A stretch of 38,285 nucleotides of DNA from a virus. Lineage: Duplodnaviria > Heunggongvirae > Uroviricota > Caudoviricetes. The stretch lies in the IMG/VR virus record IMGVR_UViG_2541047777_000012; one strand, given 5' to 3'. The translations under genes were made by a program, and so were the position numbers. The notes under the pieces were generated by a model. That model had not been told where the DNA came from. It searched no databases and was given only the letters and a program-made list of their open reading frames with translations. Of the stretch, positions 17,409-25,534 are shown piece after piece; the stretch's first letter is position 1, and each line of letters starts with the position of its first letter.

Positions 17409-18309
17409 CCGAGCCTCCGGTCACGACGCGGTATTCGGTACAGAAAGACGCCTGCGTACTGTTGAGCACAATGTCGGCCAGTGGTGCGGCCAGCTCGACA
17501 CGCTGCACGCCTTCCACATGCAAAGCGGCATAAATGGCAGACAGACGGATGTCGCGCCCAAGCCGGTGCTGTGCCGTGATGTACGCTTCCAGTTTTTTCA
17601 CGGCGGCAGCGCGTATGGGTTCGCTTTCGGGACCAGGGTAAAGGTAAAGCGTGGCGTTTATCTGGTATTCAACGATGGCGGCAGACTGCACGGTCACGCG
17701 GTCGGCCACCGGCCTGACGTCCTCGCCATTAAGGGCGTTACGCACCACCGCCAGCAGGTCTTCGGATGCGACACCGTTATTTTCACGTGACAGCACAGAG
17801 ATGGTGACGCAGGCCGGAGACGGACTGGTGACAGAGATATCCGCGACACGCCCGTCGGCACTGCGACCATGATACTGATAAGCTCCCACCGACCCGGCGA
17901 CGCTTAAGCCTTCAAACGCCTGCTGAATACGCAGCCGGTAATCGGTGTCAGACTCCATCACTGCCGGTGTCGGCGGGATAGTCGAATCATCTGCCGGGGT
18001 GATAATCAGGCGCGTGGTGTTGTAATTGGCACCAATCACATCAAGGTCATTACCGGCAGCACAGGCCAGCATCACCGCCCGTGCGGCCTCATTCACACGC
18101 TGACGCCAGATAAGCTCACGATAAGCATTTTCCTCCAGCAGTTTGACGAGAGGCTCAGATTCCAGCGTCAGGGTAAGGGCGACCGCCTCCTGCTGGTCTT
18201 CCGGGTAAAGGGAAATCAGTGTCGCCTTGCGTTCGGCAAGAATGGTTTCAAAGTCCAGCTCCTCAACCACATCCGGTGCGGGTAGCTGGTTCAGGTCGAT
18301 AATCGGCAT
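17401..18309 (-). CDS. J: baseplate wedge protein gpJ
   Basis: 302 aa, as P2 gpJ. Confidence 0.9.
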   Translation of the reverse strand: MPIIDLNQLPAPDVVEELDFETILAERKATLISLYPEDQQEAVALTLTLESEPLVKLLEENAYRELIWRQRVNEAARAVMLACAAGNDLDVIGANYNTTRLIITPADDSTIPPTPAVMESDTDYRLRIQQAFEGLSVAGSVGAYQYHGRSADGRVADISVTSPSPACVTISVLSRENNGVASEDLLAVVRNALNGEDVRPVADRVTVQSAAIVEYQINATLYLYPGPESEPIRAAAVKKLEAYITAQHRLGRDIRLSAIYAALHVEGVQRVELAAPLADIVLNSTQASFCTEYRVVTGGSDE

Positions 18310-18313
18310 GGTT

Positions 18314-18661
18314 TCAACTCACAGGGATGGTTAACGAAAGTGGCTGGCCGGTGTCGTTGTGCTGGCCGGTTAACGTGACCGTCATTCGCCCGTCAAAGCT
18401 GCGCTCAGTGATGACGGATGACAGGGTGACGCGGGGTTCCCATTTCAGCACCGCCATGTAACAGGCGACCTTAATCTGCAACTCAAGCGCCGGGGTCTGC
18501 GGCTGGTCAATCATTGACGCCAGCAACGAGCCGTAATCTCGACGCATCACCCGTGAGCCGACCGGTGTGCGCAGGATATCGCCGATACTCTGGCTGATAT
18601 GCTCAAGGTCAGTGACAGTCAGGCCATCACTGCGATTCATTCCGAGATAACGCGCAGTCAT
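18314..18661 (-). CDS. W: baseplate protein gpW
   Basis: 115 aa, as P2 gpW. Confidence 0.9.
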   Translation of the reverse strand: MTARYLGMNRSDGLTVTDLEHISQSIGDILRTPVGSRVMRRDYGSLLASMIDQPQTPALELQIKVACYMAVLKWEPRVTLSSVITERSFDGRMTVTLTGQHNDTGQPLSLTIPVS

Positions 18662-19293
18662 AGAGGCCCCCCTGTTGTGCCGCCACTGTCTCCGGGGTGT
18701 TTATGGGTATGCAGTACCTTCCCGTTTGATGAGAGTTCACCGCCGGTGTGTTCAATGTTGCCGCGCATCGTCCCGCCCTTCTGTACTTCCAGCGTGCCGG
18801 TAATCAGCCTGTTGGTGCAGACCACCTCCGGCGTGTCCAGAGTGACACGGGTTGATGCTTTCACCGTGACCACCGGCACCGTGGCAGTAACAGAATCAGA
18901 AGCCGTCACGCTGGCCGTTTTAATTCCGCTTACCGTCAGTGCACTGGTTTCAGGTTCATACTCAATCACCGCCCCGTCAGGGAAACGTATGTGCAGGGCA
19001 TCCGCCGACGCAGACGGCGGAGGGTTATCGCCGGAATAAATCCCCGGCAGAACGAACGCCGTGTCGAGTTCACCGCCCACGGCCAGAATCAGCACCTGTT
19101 CCCCCACGGAAGGTGCCCACCATGTGCGCGAACGTCCGGCGCGATGGGTCAGCCACTGAAGCCAGTCGGTGCACATGCCGCCGGTCTGCACACGGCAGCT
19201 ACCGGCGTAAAGGTCGGTTTCGATGATAATGCCGGTGCGAATCATGTTGCGCAGTGCGCGCGCGAGTTCCTGAATATTTGCGAGAGTGTTCAT
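18658..19293 (-). CDS. V: baseplate spike / central hub protein gpV
   Basis: 211 aa, as P2 gpV (MNTLANIQELARALRNMIRTGII...). Confidence 0.9.
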   Translation of the reverse strand: MNTLANIQELARALRNMIRTGIIIETDLYAGSCRVQTGGMCTDWLQWLTHRAGRSRTWWAPSVGEQVLILAVGGELDTAFVLPGIYSGDNPPPSASADALHIRFPDGAVIEYEPETSALTVSGIKTASVTASDSVTATVPVVTVKASTRVTLDTPEVVCTNRLITGTLEVQKGGTMRGNIEHTGGELSSNGKVLHTHKHPGDSGGTTGGPL

Positions 19294-19393
19294 AACGGGA
19301 AGGATGCCGCTAGTTTACACTAGCGGCAAATTTTGATGCTTTGGTGAGGTATGATACAACAGACTACATTCCCCCCCTCAAATAAATCACAAT

Positions 19394-20746
19394 TTAATCG
19401 TTAATAAAAACTGAAAAACACCTCTCCCTTTCTATTAATTGATCCCCATTCCAAAAAGATACAAACATATAATGCAGTCCTTTGTAATGACAATCTTCCC
19501 AATGCTTAGCAAAATAACGCTCGCCAGTGTACCTTGCTACCTCATATGACTCATGATTACCCTTATTATCAACATTACCTGCATCAGGACCTGTATTTTC
19601 GACACGAAATTTGAACCTGGGATTAGAGTACTGTTCTTGTGAGTAATAGTACCCTTTAAATGAGATACCCATACCCTTTTTTATCATTCGAGAACAACAA
19701 ATATACTCATCATCAGACACATCATTTTCACTCTTCTTAAGCGTTGCTTTTACAATGAGTTTACCCCCCTCATCATTTATAGGCAGCAAATTACAATAAC
19801 GTTCGTTATCAAATACATATTGTCTGTAATTTATTGGTTTGCCTGAAGCATCTTTATAATTTGGGGTTAAATACAATTCCTTGTGTTCTACGCCATTGTT
19901 TCTGTTAATTTTATGTTTTAATTGAACATCATCAAGGCCTAATAACTCTACAAAACTTGCACCTATCATAATTGAGTTTTTAGGAGCTTTTTGCTGAAGT
20001 TTTGCCGCAACATCAACAAAAAAAGATGTCGCAGTCACTTCATGACTTTCCATATAGCCATATTTTGACCACACCACTTCCTCGTGAGGGCCATAGTCAA
20101 GACCAATTCTTATTCCTAAGTTTTCGTCAACTCCCAAATCACTCAATTTAGGTATAACAACCCCCTTGAACATTTCAATCAAAACAACGGCACAGTTTAT
20201 TGCATCAATTGCACTGTCTGCGATCTTATTGTTTTTATATCGGTCATTACTTCGGAAAAATGCCATTACTGCATCACCCATAATTCTATGGACGTGACCA
20301 TCAAATGCATTCACTGTTTCGATCGCACATCTTATAATATCATTTTTGATTCTAAATACTATTTCTGGTGGAAAAACAACCCCAAGTTTAGTTGAGCCGA
20401 TTATATCCATAAACATGGTAATGGAATAACCATTTCTCACCTCACCATCATCCATTTTATTAAAGTCCGGATGACATCCAAAACTTGTCATGAGTGGACC
20501 GTGCTTGCCAAATTTATTTCTAACAATATCTTTCACCTGATAACTTTGAACATCAGTTCCACCTACATCTTTTTTCAATGAAATAGAACTTCTTACGAAA
20601 CCAGAAGATTTACTTAAGCTCTCCGTGGCCAACTGTGTATTATCCACTGATTCAAATATAGCATCATGGACTGATTGCGATTTTGATTTTGAAATTATCT
20701 CTTCCAGCCTTTCATCTAATACTGAATAAATACTCTTTATGGACAT
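19394..20746 (-). CDS. class III nucleotidyl cyclase (adenylyl/guanylyl-cyclase homology domain) protein with N- and C-terminal extensions of unknown function; cargo gene 2 of the S-V cassette
   Basis: Cyclase motifs seen in the translation: SITMFMDIIGSTKLG (metal-binding Asp in FxDIxGxT), HRIMGDAVMAFF (second metal Asp in GDA), IRIGLDYGP and FFVDVAAKLQ. Start set at the ATG at 20746, which has GAAGG 8 nt upstream (450 aa); the ORF-track start at 20782 has no RBS. AT-rich. Confidence 0.75.
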   Translation of the reverse strand: MSIKSIYSVLDERLEEIISKSKSQSVHDAIFESVDNTQLATESLSKSSGFVRSSISLKKDVGGTDVQSYQVKDIVRNKFGKHGPLMTSFGCHPDFNKMDDGEVRNGYSITMFMDIIGSTKLGVVFPPEIVFRIKNDIIRCAIETVNAFDGHVHRIMGDAVMAFFRSNDRYKNNKIADSAIDAINCAVVLIEMFKGVVIPKLSDLGVDENLGIRIGLDYGPHEEVVWSKYGYMESHEVTATSFFVDVAAKLQQKAPKNSIMIGASFVELLGLDDVQLKHKINRNNGVEHKELYLTPNYKDASGKPINYRQYVFDNERYCNLLPINDEGGKLIVKATLKKSENDVSDDEYICCSRMIKKGMGISFKGYYYSQEQYSNPRFKFRVENTGPDAGNVDNKGNHESYEVARYTGERYFAKHWEDCHYKGLHYMFVSFWNGDQLIERERCFSVFIND

Positions 20747-20756
20747 ACAAAAACCT

Positions 20757-21296
20757 TCACCAATTAGATAAAGCAACCACATATATTAAAAAACAAAGCA
20801 CATAAACAGCCATTTTTATAAAGTCAATGGCTATGATTTGCATCTCATATTTGCTAGTTAATGCTCTGGAAAGAGTATAATTCAATGCAATTAACTGCTC
20901 CAACAACTCCAGATCACTCACTGACTTAAAACTACTAGAATAGCAATCAAGACTACTATAATAACTTGATATATCAACAAATGAAAAAGTATTCTCCTTA
21001 TCACTCTTAGAGATATTTGGAGTAACACCTTTTAGAGAAAATAACAAAGAGATCACCAATAACCCAACTATTACAATCAATAAAAGAGAGAGAAAAAGCC
21101 TATCACTATCCACATCTACCAGACTTATAACTTTGTCAAAATTTGCTATAATAGCAACAATTACAGCTGAAGCTAAGCTTAGTAATATCGTTGATTTAGT
21201 ATTGGCTGAATTTAAATAAGAATCCGTCCGCGCGATTGTTTTCAGCACCAGTTCAATTTTCTTTACAACATCATCTTCATTCTTTTTACATGTCAC
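20757..21296 (-). CDS. small integral membrane protein with three predicted transmembrane helices (179 aa); cargo gene 1 of the S-V cassette
   Basis: Hydrophobic segments TILLSLASAVIVAIIANF, LFLSLLLIVIVGLLVISLLFSL and IIAIDFIKMAVYVLCFLIYVVALS. GTG start 15 nt after the S stop with AGGAAGG upstream; the exact start is uncertain. AT-rich. Confidence 0.65.
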   Translation of the reverse strand: MTCKKNEDDVVKKIELVLKTIARTDSYLNSANTKSTILLSLASAVIVAIIANFDKVISLVDVDSDRLFLSLLLIVIVGLLVISLLFSLKGVTPNISKSDKENTFSFVDISSYYSSLDCYSSSFKSVSDLELLEQLIALNYTLSRALTSKYEMQIIAIDFIKMAVYVLCFLIYVVALSNW

Positions 21297-21311
21297 TTGT
21301 ACTTTACCTTC

Positions 21312-21773
21312 CTATTCTCTGGATTTTTCCAGAAGACAATTAATGATCGTTGATTCTATAAAGTCAATATCATTATGTGAAAAACCAAGTAGTTTACGTT
21401 CATCATACTTAATAGGTTTAACGTCGGGATTGGGTCTATCTTTTAAACCATACTGATGCACTCGCGCAATTCGTTGCACTCCGCTGGCAAACTCCACCAC
21501 CGCGGCACTCTCGCTACCGGTTGCTTTCATAAACCGGTTAGTGCGTAATTTCATAAACATTTCCCGCTTTATCCGGCCTTTCTTATTTCGCACTGGTTGT
21601 TTTTTCCTCGGTACATACGGCATACCATCCGGGGCTTTTTGTAATTTAATTCTCTGCTGCTGACGCTGGCGCAGTTTCTTCGCGACATCTACCGCCACTC
21701 GCCGACGCCCTGACGGTGACAGCGACTCAATCAGTCCGGTCAGCCGGTCTTCAAAACGCTTAAACTCATTCAT
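21312..21773 (-). CDS. S: tail completion protein gpS
   Basis: 153 aa, position and size as P2 gpS. Confidence 0.85.
   Translation of the reverse strand: MNEFKRFEDRLTGLIESLSPSGRRRVAVDVAKKLRQRQQQRIKLQKAPDGMPYVPRKKQPVRNKKGRIKREMFMKLRTNRFMKATGSESAAVVEFASGVQRIARVHQYGLKDRPNPDVKPIKYDERKLLGFSHNDIDFIESTIINCLLEKSRE
21339..21367 (-). promoter_or_regulatory. candidate sigma70 promoter inside the 3' end of S, oriented toward the S-V cassette
   Basis: On the minus strand TTGACT, a 17-nt spacer, then ATTAAT, about 40 nt upstream of the membrane-protein start. Sequence match only. Confidence 0.3.
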
Positions 21774-22233
21774 CCCACTTGCTCACCAGTTCGCCATTGA
21801 TATACAGCTCCATCGGGCGGGTGACCGGCTCCGGCGGCGTGGGTTCCGGGATATTCTTCACATGCAGCGCGCCGTCCACCTCACTGACCAGCGTGCGCTC
21901 GGTCAGCATCAGGCTGATGCTGATATCAAAGCTGCTGTCATTGTTGATGTCTGCATAAAACGTGAAGCCCTTTTTCTGGCCTTCGTCAGTGGTCATGATG
22001 TCGGGCTGATTTTCCCGCAGCCACGCCAGCACCGGCACGATGAGCAGGTCAAAATCACCGGTAAAGTCGGTCACAATCACATTGAGCGTGTAACGCTTTT
22101 CGAACGACAGCGACGTCGCCAGCGTGGAGGCAATACTCCCGTTATCCACGAATATCCGAAGCATCTCTGGACTGGTTTTCAGCACCGTGACGGCATCAGT
22201 CAGCGCCCTGCGCAGGCTGTCGGGTTTGAGCAT
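21766..22233 (-). CDS. R: tail completion protein gpR
   Basis: 155 aa, as P2 gpR. Confidence 0.85.
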   Translation of the reverse strand: MLKPDSLRRALTDAVTVLKTSPEMLRIFVDNGSIASTLATSLSFEKRYTLNVIVTDFTGDFDLLIVPVLAWLRENQPDIMTTDEGQKKGFTFYADINNDSSFDISISLMLTERTLVSEVDGALHVKNIPEPTPPEPVTRPMELYINGELVSKWDE

Positions 22234-22486
22234 CGTTTTCGTCCTGACAGTGTTTAATCATTTTTACCTGGCTGGCACAGCGTGCCAGCGCGTTCTCAAG
22301 CTGCCGGATATCGGCACTTAAATCGCCGTTCGTCTCCGGGTCACTGCCCGGCATCGGGCAAAGACTCACTTTCGGGCAGGCGTTGTGGACAATCACTGGC
22401 GTCGGCGCAGGCCGGGCGCTGGTGCAACCGGCGCACAGCATCAGGCAGGTCAGCACCGTACCAGCGGCGAAAATCTTCGTTTTCAT
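22196..22486 (-). CDS. lysC: outer-membrane spanin lipoprotein LysC (Rz1-like), embedded in lysB in another frame
   Basis: ATG with GAGG RBS; lipoprotein signal peptide MKTKIFAAGTVLTCLMLCAGC followed by a Pro-rich region. Nested in the +1 frame of lysB and overlapping the R start. Confidence 0.7.
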   Translation of the reverse strand: MKTKIFAAGTVLTCLMLCAGCTSARPAPTPVIVHNACPKVSLCPMPGSDPETNGDLSADIRQLENALARCASQVKMIKHCQDENDAQTRQPAQGAD

Positions 22487-22766
22487 TCAGTAACCTCGTG
22501 ATGGTTTTCTCGCGCTGTGCTTCACGCTTCGCGGCGTTCTCCAGTTCCTGACGCAGTGCCACCTGCGCCAGCTCGTTTTTGTCTGCCCTGGTGAGGGCAA
22601 CATGAAGCTGATTTTTCAGCATGGTGATGGTCGTCTGCTGTTCACTGGCGACGTTGTTCACCCTGTCCAGCGAGGCGCGCAGGCTGGCGTTTTCATGCTT
22701 CGCCAGAAACAGCCCCACCACCGCCAGCGATAACAACACAACCATCACAATCATCAGCTTTGACAT
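22341..22766 (-). CDS. lysB: inner-membrane spanin LysB (Rz-like)
   Basis: 141 aa with an N-terminal TM helix (MSKLMIVMVVLLSLAVVGLFL) and a coiled-coil periplasmic region. Confidence 0.85.
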   Translation of the reverse strand: MSKLMIVMVVLLSLAVVGLFLAKHENASLRASLDRVNNVASEQQTTITMLKNQLHVALTRADKNELAQVALRQELENAAKREAQREKTITRLLNENEDFRRWYGADLPDAVRRLHQRPACADASDCPQRLPESESLPDAGQ

Positions 22767-23179
22767 GGTTCCCGCCCCTCAAGACGCTGACGGCAGGCCT
22801 TACGTATCAGCCGGAAGAACACCGACGCCACGAGATAAATCAGCGCGGTAAAAATCCACCCGGCAGCGACCAGCGAGATAAACGTCGCCACCACCACTAC
22901 CAGAGCCACTGCCCGTCTGCGCCACGGCACCGGCTGCAAAAACAGCGACGTGACAATCTTCACGGCCAGCGATTCCGGCGGCAGCTCCCGCCCGTAGCGT
23001 TCCAGCACATACTCCGTGGCATACACGCCGACACCACCGGCAACCACACAGATAACCGTCGCCAGAATCGCCCAGGTGGCGACAAAACTGACGGCCACGC
23101 TCTGCGGGTAAATCAGGGACAGTGCCAGCATCAGCGCCAGCGACACGTTCAGCATCAGTGAAAGGGATAATTTCTTCAT
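22754..23179 (-). CDS. lysA: lysis regulatory membrane protein LysA
   Basis: 141 aa polytopic membrane protein at the P2 lysA position. Confidence 0.8.
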   Translation of the reverse strand: MKKLSLSLMLNVSLALMLALSLIYPQSVAVSFVATWAILATVICVVAGGVGVYATEYVLERYGRELPPESLAVKIVTSLFLQPVPWRRRAVALVVVVATFISLVAAGWIFTALIYLVASVFFRLIRKACRQRLEGREPCQS

Positions 23180-23193
23180 GGTGTTTACTCCGT

Positions 23194-23691
23194 TTAAGCC
23201 GGTACGCCGCCGGCGGTACGCCAGGCGGTGACCAGTTTTTCCAGTGAATGCTCACGCTGACCGTAACCGGCACCCGGCAGGGACGCCCAGATATTGCGAC
23301 AGCGTGAAATGGCGCGCTCAATGCGTCCCGCCCGGATGTCATCCAGTGCACCGCGTTCGCGGATCAACTGAATGGCGAGCCTGTCCTGTGACAACGGACT
23401 GAAATCCGGCAGGGCAAGCTGTTTGCGGTAATGCGGCCAGAACAGGTAAAGCTGCTGATAGCGACCGGAGGCCGTGGATTTTTCACCGCGACGGTTAAAC
23501 ACCTTCGCCGGTCGGCCATGCGCGAACGGGTGGTCACTGTAGTCGGTGAAAATTTCCGGCTTCCCGTCCAGTCCGGTGACTATCACGTCATAGCCACGGT
23601 TTTTCGTCAGCGGATGATTCACCGTCCCTTCGGACACTGCCAGCATGTCGAGAAAGGCCGCGATATTCTGATGCGTGTTAATTACCGGCAT
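23194..23691 (-). CDS. K: endolysin gpK (lysozyme-like)
   Basis: 165 aa, as P2 gpK (MPVINTHQNIAAFLDMLAVSEGT...). Confidence 0.9.
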   Translation of the reverse strand: MPVINTHQNIAAFLDMLAVSEGTVNHPLTKNRGYDVIVTGLDGKPEIFTDYSDHPFAHGRPAKVFNRRGEKSTASGRYQQLYLFWPHYRKQLALPDFSPLSQDRLAIQLIRERGALDDIRAGRIERAISRCRNIWASLPGAGYGQREHSLEKLVTAWRTAGGVPA

Positions 23692-23972
23692 TACGGTTTC
23701 CCCCTGCCCTTAAAGCGGCGCTGAATGGCAATCTCAATCACCTGATAACCGGCGATACCCAGCATGGAGCCGATGCCGCACACCGCAGGCAGTGACAGGT
23801 CAGGAAACTGCACCAGAACAACACCGGCAACCATCGAGACAAAACCACCGAGCAACATGCGCCCGATAAACAGACGCGGGGTGATGGGTTCACCACCGGC
23901 AAGCACCTTGCCGACAACAATCAGCACTCCAATCATGAAAAGCGACAGAACGCTTTTTTCTTCTGCTGTCAT
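23691..23972 (-). CDS. Y: holin gpY
   Basis: 93 aa with hydrophobic TM segments, as P2 gpY. Confidence 0.85.
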   Translation of the reverse strand: MTAEEKSVLSLFMIGVLIVVGKVLAGGEPITPRLFIGRMLLGGFVSMVAGVVLVQFPDLSLPAVCGIGSMLGIAGYQVIEIAIQRRFKGRGKP

Positions 23973-23975
23973 GCG

Positions 23976-24179
23976 TTACTCCCACAGATTGACAGTTTCA
24001 GCCACGGGCGCGGTCTGAACGTCGGGCAGTTCGACGGCGGTGCCGTGCGGCAGCACCGCACCCAGTTCAGCCAGTCCCGGATTTGCGGCGAGCACGGCCT
24101 CGACCACGCCCTCAGTGCGCCCGTAATACCGGACACAAATGGCGTCGAGCGTGTCGCCCTGTAGCGCAAAGGTCTTCAT
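23976..24179 (-). CDS. X: tail protein gpX (LysM-like)
   Basis: 67-aa product MKTFALQGDTLDAICVRYYGRTEG... The ATG overlaps the L stop (TGATG). Confidence 0.85.
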   Translation of the reverse strand: MKTFALQGDTLDAICVRYYGRTEGVVEAVLAANPGLAELGAVLPHGTAVELPDVQTAPVAETVNLWE

Positions 24180-24688
24180 CAGATTTGACTCACGATGCAG
24201 CGCGGCTTGTCCTGGATACGCGCCACTGCCCAGCGCATATCCCGCCACAGCTCATCAATGGTGCTGTCAATGCTGTCGGCCTTCTTGTCGCCTTTCGCAC
24301 TGGCATCCACACCGCGATAACGTTCATAAAGCGACGCGGTCGCCATCGCACACACGGCGCGCTCGTAGTAAAAAACTTTGATGCTTTCACCGTCGATGTC
24401 GTCCGCCGGGACGTCCGCCAGACGCGTAAAACCGGCGGCAATTTTCTGTTCGCGGTACTCGTACAGCTCCGCATTCGTCTCCGCCATGCCTGACTTGATG
24501 GCCTCACGCAGACGGGCGGGGGCGACGGTCTGCTCAAGGCGCATACGTTCCCGGACGCGCTTCGGGTCGATATCGGGAAAAAAGAACGTGTTTTTAATCA
24601 CCGGCTCGTCGCCTGACGGTTGCGGGATGACCACCGTACCCTCACCGGACACGGGAGCCTCCTTTCGCGGAATAATCAGCGTCATCAT
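24179..24688 (-). CDS. L: head completion / stabilisation protein gpL
   Basis: 169 aa starting MMTLIIPRKEAPVSGEG..., as P2 gpL; internal start chosen over the longer ORF. Confidence 0.85.
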   Translation of the reverse strand: MMTLIIPRKEAPVSGEGTVVIPQPSGDEPVIKNTFFFPDIDPKRVRERMRLEQTVAPARLREAIKSGMAETNAELYEYREQKIAAGFTRLADVPADDIDGESIKVFYYERAVCAMATASLYERYRGVDASAKGDKKADSIDSTIDELWRDMRWAVARIQDKPRCIVSQI

Positions 24689-24787
24689 GACTACCTCTGA
24701 AAAGTCGGGCGGTGGACGCCGGTGCAGTGTCAGGTGATTCACCCTCACTGACCGGCGTGCCGCCCTGGCGCGGGGCGCATTCGGTTG

Positions 24788-25531
24788 TTAACTGGCTTTC
24801 TTTTTCGGGCGTCCACGTTTTGCCGGTGTCACGCTCCGGGTCTTACGCGGGGCGCGGGTGGCCGCTTTGGGCTGCGGCTCCGGCTTCGGTTTCAGCTCCC
24901 GCTCCAGTCGTTCAATCTCTTTTTTGACACCTGCCTGACAGTCGAGCTGTGTCGCACGTTGCAGGTGAGCCAGCGCACCGGCGGCATCACCACCATCACG
25001 CAGAAGCAGACCGGTGATTTTGTGCAGCTTTGCGCGCACTTCATCAGGCATGTCAGCCGTGGCGGTCAGTTCAAGGGTCTCCGTCAGCAGGCGGGTATCC
25101 ACAGACTCACCGGCAGCGTGGGCGCGCATGGCCGCTAGCGCCACCTCCTCGGTGAACATGTATGGCGGGGTGCGGCGGTGTTTACCCGGCATGGTCAGAC
25201 CGTACTTCAGGGCATAACGGGCAATCTCCAGCGCACCGCTAATATCGCCGGTATCCAGACGCCACAGCATGACCGTCATCAGAATGTCATCCTGTGCACC
25301 TTTGCCCTGCTCCAGCACGCCGTTCACCCACGGCAACCAGAACGGCAGCAGTTCGCGTTTTTTCGCGGCCTTCAGCTCTTTTGAATAAATCGCTTTCAGT
25401 GTGCGCTGGTCTGCGGCGAGCTTAACCAGCATCTGCTCATAGACAGTTGCATGTCGCAGCGGGGCGGCTTCCCGCTGCGCGGTCATCGCTGCCGAGACCC
25501 GCATCATGTGGCGCTGTGCGGGACTCGTCAT
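24788..25531 (-). CDS. M: terminase small subunit gpM
   Basis: 247 aa with basic C-terminus, at the P2 gpM position. Confidence 0.9.
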   Translation of the reverse strand: MTSPAQRHMMRVSAAMTAQREAAPLRHATVYEQMLVKLAADQRTLKAIYSKELKAAKKRELLPFWLPWVNGVLEQGKGAQDDILMTVMLWRLDTGDISGALEIARYALKYGLTMPGKHRRTPPYMFTEEVALAAMRAHAAGESVDTRLLTETLELTATADMPDEVRAKLHKITGLLLRDGGDAAGALAHLQRATQLDCQAGVKKEIERLERELKPKPEPQPKAATRAPRKTRSVTPAKRGRPKKKAS

Positions 25532-25534
25532 CGG

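Noticed and set aside
19394-21296. Assigning the S-V cassette to canonical Pycsar (PycC plus PycTM)
   Set aside because: Gene order is reversed relative to typical Pycsar, the membrane partner is too small to contain a cyclic-nucleotide-binding domain, and the cyclase has an extra C-terminal domain. I therefore report it as Pycsar-like or novel rather than naming it.
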